A DNA stretch of 64,000 nt, taken from the NCBI GenBank assembly GCA_907165135.1, contig OU015566.1, positions 6,448,001 to 6,512,000 on the forward strand, read 5' to 3'. Position 1 is the stretch's first letter; each line of letters begins with the position of its first letter. This DNA is from Oikopleura dioica (Eukaryota > Animalia > Chordata). Under the pieces are notes generated by a model. That model had not been told where the DNA came from. It worked only from the letters and a program-made list of their open reading frames with translations, and did no database searches. The position numbers were made by a program, and so were the translations under genes. Positions 12,926 to 24,318 of this stretch are shown piece by piece.

Positions 12926-13361
12926 CTCTTCTCGAGCGACTCTCGTTCTGACCGCACCCGAACTTTTGCCGTCGTTTTTAAGTGCTTCATGGCTTTGACG
13001 AAGTTTAGCAGAAGAAAGAAAATCTTTAATGAACTATTCTGCGGTTTACGGAGATTGATCTTGATATTGTATCCATCGCATTGTATTTGTTTCATGATGT
13101 GCGCATGAAAGAACGATGACCTTTGGGAGGTCTTTCTTTTTTTGCTGACCTGTCATCTTGAAATTCTTACAAATAGATGAACCAACAACTTTTACGGAGT
13201 GCAACATGTTTTAATTAAACGCTTGTACGGTCAAAACAGTAAAGAAAAGAATGCTTAGTACGCTTTGATTTTTCGGGGAAAAAAAGAAAGAGGGAAAGTT
13301 AGGTCAAACATTGGTGAAGGAAACAGGGATTTTTCTAAGGAAATGACATGTCGATTTTGGC

Positions 13362-13499
13362 TTAGATGTCAGTATCGTGCCAACCGTTGAGTTGTTGGTC
13401 GGGAGTTTGGTGGCCAGAGCGCGACATTTGAGTCATCGCGGTCGGAGATCGGTGCTCAGAGGGGAGGAGGGATGTTCCTTCGTCGTGGTAGGTCGTCAC
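13362..13499 (-). pseudogene. ctnnb1: Orphan copy of the beta-catenin terminal exon
   Basis: After a CAG acceptor it encodes VTTYH...[11 protein letters not shown], like the beta-catenin end WFDTDL*. No armadillo exons lie immediately upstream in copy A. Confidence 0.75.
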
Positions 13500-13649
13500 C
13501 TGAACTTGTTTTAAATGCTTGTATAATTTTAAAGAATGGAGGGAGAGGTTAGTTAGAAATCAAAGGAGGAAAGAAAGGAGTTAGAGAAAGGAGGATAAAT
13601 CTGGATCCAATCAAGCCAATAATCAAATCGCTCAAATCTTGTTGTTATT

Positions 13650-14240
13650 GAACCTCGGATTTCTGAGCCGCAATAGAAATCATTTCAATATCCGCTTCAG
13701 TGAAAACTGTGATGTGCTTTGAATTGTTTGTGGTACTCATTTTTCGTTGAAAACAAGGAAGAAAACCAGGAAGAATTGCAGAATTCTCTTTCAACAAAAT
13801 TGCCTATTCAAATTCTCATCAATTTCCATTTTCGCTTGTTTTTCTGGCGGCGAGCTTCTAGGCTTGGGAACTGCCGAGGATCTTCCGGAAGCACGAGCGG
13901 AAGCATGAGTCGATGCTCGGAGAGTTTGAGGGAGGGAAGCCTTGCTCATTCGGCTGGGAGACTCGCGCACGAACGAGGTGTTTTCAATTCCACTTTCTGG
14001 TTTTGGAGTCACTTGAGCTACTTGTTGGTTCAACAATATGACAATAAATCTTTTGAGCTCCTTTTCTTCATTTGAACCTTCCCTGAAACCTTGGGCTTGC
14101 TTTTCGCAGCTTCGAGTCTGGCAATTTCTTCATCAATATTCCTCTCTGCCTCCTTTTGCTTCTCCACAGCAATTTCATATTCTCTCATTTGCTTTTCATA
14201 TTCTTCTCCAGCGGCCTTGACGGCTTTTTCTGCAGCTTTC
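13650..14240 (-). CDS. Conserved coding segments (coiled-coil-like and Ser/Pro/Arg-rich), copy A; gene structure unresolved
   Basis: Differences from 25040-25632 are mostly synonymous in frames [18 protein letters not shown]..., [13 protein letters not shown]... and [13 protein letters not shown]... Confidence 0.55.
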
Positions 14241-14388
14241 TTTCCAAATTCATTCAAAAATCAGTGCCAAAATATAAATCTGTGATACGTGCACTTGTTT
14301 TTCCGTGTTTTTTTTTTATGAGAAAATTAAAATTTAATCGAAAATTAAAATTTAATCGATAATCGAAATTCTGTAGAGAGCTTTCTCA

Positions 14389-14497
14389 GAATCTTGGTCA
14401 AAATTAATCTCAGACTAAGATTAAAAACTTTTCTTTCATTTTAAAAAGCCAGCCCTTCCAGCCAAATCCCCGCGGGGAAATGGCCGGAGGGGCTGGC
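14389..14497. repeat. MITE-like module: ATCTTGGTCAAAATT motif plus GC-rich palindrome CCAGCCAAATCCCCGCGGGGAAATGGCCGGAGG
   Basis: Related modules at 15550-15690 and 19155-19542. Confidence 0.7.
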
Positions 14498-14782
14498 ATA
14501 TCGACATTCAAAGATTTTAAATATTTCTCATTTGGAGGATTAATCTTCCTTGATTTCATTCTTTCACGGAAAAGAAACTGTTAAATAGTTAATTTTATAA
14601 ATAACACTGTATAACACTTACTCAACTTTGCAAAAAAGCCAATCAAAAACTAAATTCTTCTTTTCTGTCTCCAAAAAGTAGATTTTCTGTATTCAAAAAC
14701 TTAGTCAAGCTTTGAAAATTCCAATTAAAAAAGTCTTCTTTCGCAAAAACCATTTATTGAATAATTCTCAGAAAAATTGAAA

Positions 14783-14990
14783 ATGGACAATCCGATTTCG
14801 CAACTAGCAAATTACAAACTGCAGTTGGGCAAGGTGGAGGCTGCCTTGACCGCAGACCCGGAGAACCAAAAAATGACGAGCCAGATCATTAGAGCCAGAT
14901 CAAAGAGTTCGATGACTTCCTCTGATTCTAGCTCTAGTTGAATCGAAAGTGTTGAAGAGAAGAATGAGTTATTGAGCACTCAGCCTAAAA
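14783..14990 (+). pseudogene. SMNDC1/SPF30-like N-terminal fragment
   Basis: MDNPISQLANYKLQLGKVEAALTADPEN and, past an in-frame TGA, ELLSTQP resemble SMNDC1 QLASYKAQLQQVEAAL...DLLSTQP. No Tudor domain seen. Confidence 0.55.
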
Positions 14991-15748
14991 ATAAGGACGG
15001 GTAAGAGAGCCATTTTTCAAGTTGTCGGAAAACAAGTTGACCAGCTTTTAATTATGTAACAAGAACGCGTGTACTACCTTGAAGCAAACGTAGTATGGTT
15101 AATTTCCAAGATCAAGTGTCCATTCTTGTCCAAAAGCCGAATCGCCTCTGAAAGCTGCCGTCGTTAATCTTTTGCGGCTAAACTCGCCCGCCCCCTCCGG
15201 AGCATTTTCCTGGGCGTGAAAAAGTTCACAGCGCGGCGCGCTGATTGGCCGTCACTTGAGTTCAAAAAGCCACGGCCAGGACCAGCGGATTCACCACCAC
15301 AACAGCGCCACTCTGAGCGCAGCGGATCAGAAGCCAAGCCCGGCCCATATGGAAAAAGATCAACAAGAGCCATAAAGCTCGAAATGGCCAAAATTCATGA
15401 AAATAACTAAAAAGGGGGATTAAGGGGTTTTTGGACACGGGGAATTCAGATATGGGATTATATTTTAGAAAAAAGCAAGTTTGAAGGGAAAAATCAAGTT
15501 TGAAAATTGAAATAAAGGAAGACTTTAAAAAATGATTAACGAATACATCAGCCCCTCTGGTTGCTCCCTTTTCGGGAGTGACTGGAGGGGCTTTTTTGCG
15601 TTTGGACAGCTGATTTTTTGAATGAAATATTGTCTAAACGCAAAAAAGCCCCTCCAGTCACTCCCGAAAAAGGAGCGACCAGAGGGGCAGAAGATTTTTG
15701 AATTTTTTATCTGCTTATTTTGCAAAATAAAGACAAACAAACATTTTT

Positions 15749-16807
15749 TTATGATAGATTGTATTCTTGAGCAAATGAAATATTTACAGGAGGGGCAGTG
15801 GGAAGGTCAGAAAGAACATGAATGTTGTGTTCTTCGATCCGGGGATTTTCTGTCGGCGCAGCAGCGATGAGTGTTCTTGTTGATTGCATCAAATCATGGT
15901 GAATCGGGCCTTGCTCGTAAAAGACGTAGAGCATCTGGTTGCCAATATCAGACTGGATCATTCTGTTGAATGATGTCTTTTGCCATTCATCGACTCTAGG
16001 CTCGCCGATGCTATTTTGGACAAGATGATCAGGATGTACTCCACGCACATGTTTGACGAGCTCTGCCTTGTTCTTGATGAGGCACTTGCATCGGGAGCAG
16101 ACGTATCTGGACATGGCCGCCTTGAACTTTGCATCCGCCAAGTTTTCGTCAAAGATTTGTTTAAGTTGGATCAGGTTGAGCGTATTTTCCCAGTTGAAGC
16201 ATGAAAGATTCGCCAAGGCGCGGAGCTTTTCGCAGTCGTTTTCGTAGAGCACATGTCGCTTGAAATTTTCCCGAAGAAAAACTCCAGCAATGTCCCAGTC
16301 GCCGGTTTTTTCATGGTAGAGATATTCTTGAGTAGCATCAGCAAATCTAAAAATAGGTTAATTTCAATCAAAAATTTTGCCAGAAAAATCTTACTTTTGA
16401 AATTACCTCGGATCTCTAACAGGCTTGAAAGCATCGCCATCAAAATAAGGACTCCACGGGTCGGTCGAAAACATGGAGTAAACTTGGGCGTAATATTCGG
16501 GAGTGTTTCCTCTGTCCTCTTGAATTATCCGCGTAAATCCATGCTTCGACAATGCCTTTAATGCCATGGGAAGGCCTTTTTTAATTAGCCAAGCCATGTC
16601 ACCAAAAGCATTTTTGTCAGTAGCTCGAATAGTGGATAATAAAACTTCTGGAAGCAATGGGATGTTATCAGTCTCTCTCTGATTTCTACGTCTCTGATTT
16701 TGTAGTGGTGCAACTCTTTGTCGAGCAACCCTTCTGGCTCTTCTATACGAAGCTCCCTGTCGGGCTCTCATTCTTTCTTCATCATTGGCATGAACTAGTC
16801 TTGGCAT
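15749..16807 (-). CDS. Two-exon hypothetical protein with a basic N-terminus and one C2H2 zinc finger
   Basis: Exon 16807-16407, GT-AG intron 16406-16347, exon 16346-15749 in frame (DPR/FADATQEY...). YVCSRCKCLIKNKAELVKHVRGVH is a C2H2 pattern. Confidence 0.6.
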
Positions 16808-17814
16808 TTTGATTTATTGATACAATCTTGAAGCTGTATTTATTCAAAAAAAAAACTCTAGCTCCATCGAGGAGCTAAGTGATAAAATCAACTCGGCGTG
16901 AGACAAACTTCGCGCACAAGCTGCCGATTCCAAGAAGCAGGAAAGATTAACTTTTTGCCCGCCGCTCGGTGGCGCCTTTTGAGAGAGAAATCGAAAGATT
17001 TTCTTAATATCGGCTTATTTCAAATTTTTAACAAGCTTTATAATGTCAAGCCTATAAGCTTGTCAAAAGTATTATTAAGAATCTCGTTGCTGCTACCATG
17101 AATTTTTGAGAGCAATTCGAAAGTGCACGAGTGCGATGCGCTGTATTTTCGTTATGCGGGCGCGATTCGGCCCCAGAAATTTACTGTTTCAGCAACGGAA
17201 ATAAAATTAAGATTTTCAGAAAACTAAAAGGCTCGTGATTCGAAAACTTTCTTAAAAATTGAAAGAAACCAATTTTTGAGGAATCTCTCTGAATGTTGCT
17301 ATTAGGGCGCGCGTGTGGAAATTCGAAAATTCAAAAAACCGCCTTTTTTAATTTTTAAAAAAGGTTAAGAGTCACGAGCCTATAAGGTTTCTTAAAAACA
17401 GTATTATAAATTCATAACTGCTAACAAAAATTTGTGAGGGCCAAACGCGCGCGCACGCTGAAAATTCAGGGAATCTTACTCGTGTTTTTTCAAACCGCTC
17501 TCAAAAATTCCCAGTAGCAGCTATGAATTTCTGAAAAAAGCCTTTTGAAAAGCTTATTTGCTCGAGCTTATGATGCATCTTATAAATTTAAAAAAGACCG
17601 ATTTAGAAATTAGCTTTTCAAATTCAAAGAGAATGCCGCTCGGTGGCGCTTATTTGGCAGGCAGGTTTCAAGTTCAGAACATTCGCCGAATGTCCTAAAG
17701 GATGACTGCTTCAAAAGTTTCAATATGGGACATAAACGAGCATTGTCCAGAATTTTCAACCTGCAAGAATTTTTGCTCTGGATTGCTCTGGATTTTCAAA
17801 CTGCCAGAATCTGG

Positions 17815-18722
17815 AGTGTGTTGATGAAGATGAGTGTTCCCTTGAACTATATGACGAAAATATGATCTGCAGTAACACGATCGGAAGCTACTCGTGTGAC
17901 TGTGTTGATGGAATGAAAATGATGGCTGTGACTGTTATGATGTTGATGAATGTGAAGAGGAAAATGCTTGCCCTGAAAATTCGATTGGTAAAAATATTGA
18001 TAGGAGCTTCGAATGTTTTGCCAATCAGGATTTACCGGCGATATTTGTTTTGGATGTCTGTTTTGTGATACCTGTTTCGATGTCGACGAATGCGAAAAGG
18101 GGGATCACTTGTGCGAAAAAATCTGCATCAATACAATTGGGAGCTTCACATGCTCGTGCCTTGTACCAATGCGACAACTCGACACATACAACTGCGAAGA
18201 TGTAAGCAAGGATGATGAGCTTCAAAAAATGATGGAAAATGAACTAACGAGTATTTCCGAAAAATGCAACTTGCCTTGAAATTTAAAAACGACTCGAAAC
18301 TTGTTTCAGAAGCAATAGGCGAAGCGTCAGCGAGAACTAGAAATCTTCTGTCGAATCTTCTCGCTCCTAAAAGTGGAGATGACTCTTTTTTGAAGAAAAT
18401 TGGATCTTCGAGTGTGGATCTACTAGAATCAAGATCAAGTAAGAAGGGATTGCTAGCTGAAATTAAATTTAATCCCTTTATCTACTCTGACGACGATTTG
18501 AGACTTGCCAACCAAGTTTTCGAGGGCTCCCTAACTCTGTCCAAAAAATCCGAAAAAGGCCAGTTCAGCTGCTTCCAGAGCAATCTAACTTTTAATCTTG
18601 GCGCGCCGCGGGAGATCGCTAGAATTTTTCGATCGAGGCCACCTTCCGGGGCGGTGCACCAAGATTTAAAAAAAAGATTGCTACGAAAGCGGTTCCGAAT
18701 GCCAAGGACTAACCTAGAATAG
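17815..18722 (+). pseudogene. Frameshifted calcium-binding EGF-repeat gene fragment (fibrillin/fibulin-like) with downstream ORF
   Basis: DEDECS...CSNTIGSYSCDC, DVDECEE...SFEC and DVDECEKGDHLCEKICINTIGSFTCSC fall in different frames; one Cys appears lost. Confidence 0.7.
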
Positions 18723-18763
18723 CTAGCATTTTCTGTGCAAAAAGAAATAAATTAGATTTTTAC

Positions 18764-19030
18764 TCAAAAGACTTTTCTATTTTCATAAGTCGCCGAGTGA
18801 GCTGTGACAGAAATCGAAGAAATTTGGTTTTTTGGGAGTTTGAATTTGAACTCAACTTGTGCGTCGCCAGTAGAATCTTCCAACATAGCAAGGTAGCACA
18901 TCTTCCAGTTCTTTTTTTCTTTCCTGGAGATTTTCTGATTGCAATACGCGAAAGAAGCCCAGTTGGAAAAAGTCTCTCCGCCAATAGAGTAGTTGTCTTT
19001 CGCGCAATTTATAAGTTCAGAATGTCTTCT
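18764..19030 (-). pseudogene. NGLY1 (peptide:N-glycanase) C-terminal PAW domain-like fragment
   Basis: NCAKDNY...ETFSNW...ISRKEKKNWKMCYLAMLEDS...FKF...ISSISV..SATY matches my recollection of NGLY1 NIVKDRY...QTISGW...[20 protein letters not shown]...WKF...VDSISI..SQTF. The rest of the gene is absent. Confidence 0.7.
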
Positions 19031-19154
19031 GACCAAGATTTTTTATTATTTTCTGATAATAAAAAATTTTTTATTGACAAAATAACGTTAAGAAGGGGCT
19101 AATAAACGTGATAATAGCATTAAATTTTTAATAAGAAATAAAATAATCATCTAA

Positions 19155-19542
19155 ATCTTGGTTGAGAATTTTCTGACCAAGATTTCTCACATTTTCCAAA
19201 AAAAAAGCCAGCCCCTCCGACCATTTCCCCGCTGGGATTAGGCTGGAGGGGCTTTTTTGCGTTTGGCGAGCCTGAGGCCAAAATTGACCAAACGTAAAAA
19301 AGCCCCTCCAGCCAAATCCCCGCGGGGAAATGGCCGGAGGGGCTGGCTTTTTCAAACCAATTAAAGTGCGAAGAAACTTTTTTTCTCGTAACCAAGATTC
19401 AGAGAATTCTCTCCATTAAATTTTTCTTCTATCGATAATATAACGATTATTAACCCTTAATTTACGCAATGATAGTGTCAAAATTAAGATTTTGAAGTAA
19501 ATTCTTATCTTAATCTTGGTTGACAATTTTTGACCAAGATTC
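19155..19542. mobile_element. MITE-like element with ATCTTGGTTGA...TGACCAAGAT hairpins at both ends and internal GC-rich palindromes
   Basis: Hairpins at 19155-19182 and 19513-19542; palindromic units at 19205-19350; same family as 14389-14497. Confidence 0.65.
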
Positions 19543-19827
19543 CTTCCTTTTTCCCATTGATGAAAATTTTTTCTCACCAATAGAACGTTAATAAACGGCT
19601 AATGAAGGCAATATTAGTGCAAAAAATTTAAAGTGGGCTTGTCTCGGCATCTCGAAAATGGGCTTGTAGAAAGGGATCTGCCAACAGACTCGTCCGACAC
19701 TTTAACAAATACAACCGTCAATTCCAGGCGCGAATGTGCTCCGGCGAGTAATTTATTTTCGTTGGTGTAATTTCATAAAAAGATATCAGTTTTGTAAAAT
19801 TTGAAGCTAAATCGAAACTTTTGACAG

Positions 19828-20267
19828 CCCTCTCCGAAGCCAAGAACAATTTTCTTCGATGCAAACTGGCGTCAAATTCCAACGCCAATGAAAAACGTCA
19901 AGATCGGCTGCTGCAACGGACAGGCTTACAATTCGCAGAAGCGATGCTGCTGCCGACGAGTTTCGTTTGATATGGACAAGAAATTCTGCTGCGCCATCAA
20001 CGTACTTTTCAAAAATACCTTTGCAAAGTTACTAAAATGGTGATTTCTAGGGTTGCGAAAGCTTCAAGATCATGAATAGAGGCAGCATTCAGGACTACAA
20101 CGATTGTCTTTCTCTTGATGGTAAGACAAATTATCGATACCTACACCCTTAATCCTTCTTTTCGCTCTTTTATCAACCAATTTTCAGGTCTCGTCGTGCA
20201 GGAATACGGCTACCAAGGTCAACGAGGACAGCCCAAGATCTTCGGAAACGACCGAAGCCGAAACTAA
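19828..20267 (+). CDS. Galaxin-like Cys-rich gene, copy B (different upstream sequence from copy A)
   Basis: Same last three exons as copy A. After the acceptor at 19827, PSPKPRTIFFDANWRQIPTP is in frame with MKNVKIGCC. Confidence 0.5.
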
Positions 20268-20990
20268 ACCCCTTCCACCGAGCAGTATCCGGAAAGTGGC
20301 AACAATCAGGGCGTAAGAGGTTAAAATCAGTCGCAGTACAAACAAAGCCCCCTTGACTAAATTTCCTTGAAGTCCTGTTTCGCGTCTCCTTTTCCGTAGT
20401 TTTATATTTTGCGCTTTCAAAAAAGACTTCTTCAATTTTCAAACGAAATCTCGCCGATTTTTTTTTATCTTTTTTGCCACATTTTTTTTGTCTTTTTTTT
20501 GTAAATTTTTTGTGTTAATTTTTAACTCATCGTCGCGGTCGACAAAATTTCGACCATCCGCGATCATCACAAAACGAAACACGCGAGTACTATTTAAAAA
20601 AAGAAAACCATCAACCCTGAATTTCCCAATCCCCAAAAAACTACTTTCACTTTTTGATATAATTTTTCTTGTGTAAATATCGCGCCACTAAGAACATGAA
20701 TCAAACATGGCAGAACGCACGTCTGTACAGAAGACCACAAGATGGTAGCAGCCGACAAAAAATAACGAAGAAAAAAATGAAGAAAAAACTCATCTTCCAC
20801 AAAAAACAGCTGCCGCTTTATTTCAATAAATTTCCTGTTTATACCTAAAAATTGATTTTTATAATTTTTTGCATCAAAATTTTGAAACTCGTCTTGAAGA
20901 AAATAGGAATCTACAAAAAATAACATTTACTTCCGCTTTCATCCCCATATAATCAAGGCTTCTGAGGGAGAGCAATACAGTGAGAAAGAA

Positions 20991-21285
20991 ATGAGTGCAA
21001 TTAATGATTTTTACGACAAGCTCCGCCCTGATCAAGTGAACAAGTTCCAATAAATTTTGGAGGATCTGAGAGGGGCCTACGACAACCTTGATCCTGCCGA
21101 GAAAGAGTTCTTCGAGTCGAAATACTCAGACGGTTCTGCTGGTGATTGCCCGGTGGTGAGGCTTATTGGTAATGCTGAAGCCTTCGATACAGGTAAATTT
21201 TTATTTCGAATTAAAAATGTTTCTAAAAATTTAAATTCTCCCAGAAGCAACAACTGATGGTCAAAGCCATTTTTGTATTCTTTTA
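20991..21285 (+). pseudogene. Copy B of the small hypothetical gene with a premature stop
   Basis: TCA in copy A is TAA at 21051-21053, after MSAINDFYDKLRPDQVNKFQ. Confidence 0.65.
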
Positions 21286-21466
21286 TAAAAGAAAAATTGT
21301 ATCTTGAAAGAAAATATGCAATAAAATGATCAAAATAAGACTTCAAGAAAATCAAACCGTTTTTTTTACATGCTAAGTGTATTGAGAAAAGCAAAAGAAG
21401 TATCGCCTAAATAAGTGACAATTTGTGTAAGGTGTTTTCGTGAAGATCGTGTTCAATTTCCAAAGC

Positions 21467-24318
21467 TCAAGAATTTTGAAGATTCTCCATTGTATCGAAT
21501 ATCCAGTCCACATAATTCGAAACTTTAGCGTAAATTCCTGGAAAATTCGGAGCAGCGCAGCCGAAACCCCAAGATACAACACCGTAAACAACGGGTTTTC
21601 CAAAAGCTTCGCAGACCAAGGGTCCTCCAGAGTCGCCCTGGCAGGAGTCTTTACCGCCGTCAGTTTGTCCATCGCCATCAAAATCGGGTATTCCAGCGCA
21701 AAACTGTGTCTCCCAGGTTGTTGGCTCAAAACTTATCATATTCGTCGCTTCACAGTACTCGTTAGAAAATGTGTAGACGCCGACTTCATTCAAAAGATGA
21801 CTTGGCTCGTTACCAACCCCATAACCTGCTACCTTGCAGTAAGATCCGTCGGCAACATGGTCTGCTGGAAGACATGCAGGGGATATCTTCGATGCGCAAG
21901 TCTCTGGGCCGTCAGGCCCGTACTGATTGATAAGCGACTCCTTGACATTGGGAATTTTCAGAAGACAGATGTCATGAGGAGTTCCAGTCTCGTCAGTACT
22001 GTTGAAATCAAAATGATCGTAATTTTCGTGAATTTTGAAGTCTTGCAACTCAAGGTCCAAACTGCAAGGTTCAACACGGTCGATGACTGAGACTCCTAGA
22101 AGCACAAGGGCATCATCTATATTTGTACCGAAACAACAGTGTGCAGCAGTCAGCACAAAATCGTGAGAGCCGTCTTCAAACATTGTGATCAATGTTCCTC
22201 CGCAGGAGAAATCAAAGTTCGCGTAATAAGGATGCGCATCGATCGGCACATCTGTTCCGCCGATGATTTTTGTAAGAGGTTCGCTCTCGATTGGTTCAAG
22301 AGGAGTTTCACAAGTCATGTTTTTCCAAGATGGCTGCTCGAAAGTCGCATTTGGGAAGATTCCAGGACCAGTGGGAAGCGGAGAAGAGTCAGTTGTCGAC
22401 GTTTCGGTTGGTTCTGTCACAGGAGGTGGAGTGAGAACAAAGCTCTCCATTTCGTTCGCGTCCACAAAGCTTACACTGAAGAAATCGTTTAGCTCAGCGC
22501 AACTGCTCCCAGTGTAGTCAAGAACGCCTTTGAGAACGGGATAGTCATCGACAAGGCAGATGAGCCCTCCGCCAGTATCACCAAGACAAGTTTTTGCTGG
22601 GTCATTTTCGTCGATCGATTTGAATTCTCCATCCAAAAAGATTAAAACGGCATCACGAAGGACCGTTGCTTGCTCGGGCATGGACTCATCGTAGTCACCG
22701 AGGCCAGCTATATAACAGCTTGTTCCACTAAAAATTGTTAAAGCCAGGTAATTGGGCCAAGATTTAACGCCGAAACGCATATCGACCCATTTCCGGGTAA
22801 GGCGCAGAAATATGGTTTGAAAGATGGTCATTTTCTAGTGTTAAAACAACACATGAGAGATATTTCAATATTGTAGTCCGGCGTCTGAAGATCATATTTA
22901 TAGTAAAATATGGGTTGATGTAAGCAAGAAAACGGGTCTACGGGCTCTCAACCAAAAATGGGTCGATATGCGTTCCGGGAAAATTCTATTTCATGCGTTC
23001 CAGCGTTAACTCACTCTTCCAACTCCACATCTGATAAGCAAGCTGGCTCAAAACACGATCCGCCAGCACACGAATCTGGGGCGTTGTCAATCAAATTTGG
23101 AACCCTAACCATGCACTGTCTGGTTTCAGATAGAATTCCCCATCGATACTCGATGGGATTGATTATGTATTCATCGTTGTCGGGATATTCCAAATCATGA
23201 GCGCCAATATGAATGTTGAATCGGGACACACCAAAGAAGCAGCACCACGAGTCTGTCACAAGCCAGTCGTCAGAACCGTCCTCGTATTTTGTCAAAATAG
23301 TCAGGCCGCAGTTTTCAGACTCATCAAAGCCCGTCTTCTCGCTCCAAGCAAACCAAGGGTATCTTCCTTTTTTCGTTTCTTGGCCACCAGCGATTTTCGA
23401 AGAGCTGCCAGGGCTTGAGCATGTTTTCGTCTTTGGCATGGATAGGGGTGGAAGCTCGAAAGTTTGCTCCCAATCGATCGGCTCTTTGTAGAGTGAATGG
23501 AGCATGCATTTGGTGTAGTCTTCGTTGTTGGTTTCTTCATCGATTTGCTAAAAATTGAATTGAGGCTTGGCTGGTTTTGAAAGACAGAGCTTGATTCTCA
23601 CCTTGGTCATGAAATAGTAATTGGCTTTTGTTACGCATTCTTCCACTGCTTCAAAATCGTGCTGGTCCTCATCGAAATTCACCTCCATCAGCAAAGAGTC
23701 ACCATTCTCGTTTTTCAGTTCTCGTTGTTTATATCGTCGAGAAAACTGGAGAAAAACGCTTTCTTTCGACTCATGTCTTTCTTTTTTCGGCGCTTGATGT
23801 CCTATGAACTGATTTTCGTAGACATCAAGTTGGCGGTCAGAAAATGAGACATGTAGATCTTGCAAGTGAAGATGATGGTCAGTGACGAACTCGCCGCAGT
23901 TGGAGATTTTAAACCGAACCATTCCGACGTAATCTTCCTCTGCTGGCAGCCTTGTTTTTCCTTTGAAGTCGACCGAGTAGAGAACAGAACCATATTTTCG
24001 ACGGATTACCCTGGCCTTTGCTTTTGATGCTTGCTTAGATGGAATTTTGAGCGGATCGAAGAAAATTTTCTTCATAAATATCGAAAATTAATCCCTTTCC
24101 TTAAAACCATTGCACTTCTTTTTGCACTTTACTGACGATCCGAAAACTGCTCCATTGTCCGGGTCACAACCTTGCTTGAGTTTTGGAAACTCGCAATAGC
24201 TAACTGGCTGGGATGTTTCAGTTGGGCTGAATGAAGTTGTTGATGTAGCAGACGTGGAGATAAAAGTCGTCGAGTGAAACGCACTCGTAGTTAAAAAGAA
24301 GGAAGAAAGTAACTTCAT
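21467..24318 (-). CDS. Secreted tandem-domain S1 protease (inactive plus active trypsin domains), copy B
   Basis: Exons 24318-~24103, ~24072-23602, 23547-23015 and 22727-21467; intact H/D/S triad and Asp S1 pocket in domain 2. Confidence 0.9.
22768..23005. mobile_element. 238-bp TTAA-duplicating (piggyBac-like) MITE in a protease intron
   Basis: TTAA at 22764-22767 and 23006-23009; termini CGCCGAAACGCAT / ATGCGTTCCAGCG; subterminal 19-bp inverted repeat; copy A has a single TTAA (empty site) near 11617. Confidence 0.88.

Larger units (their letters stand above)
8699..14320. repeat. Diverged duplicate (copy A) of 19889-25700 (copy B)
   Basis: Collinear homology from ATGAAAAACGTCAAG to CACGGAAAA with scattered substitutions, many synonymous, and indels. 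Confidence 0.93.

Noticed and set aside
22728-22831. N-terminal extension of ORF 21467-22831
   Set aside because: Runs through intron and MITE sequence; the real acceptor is at 22728.
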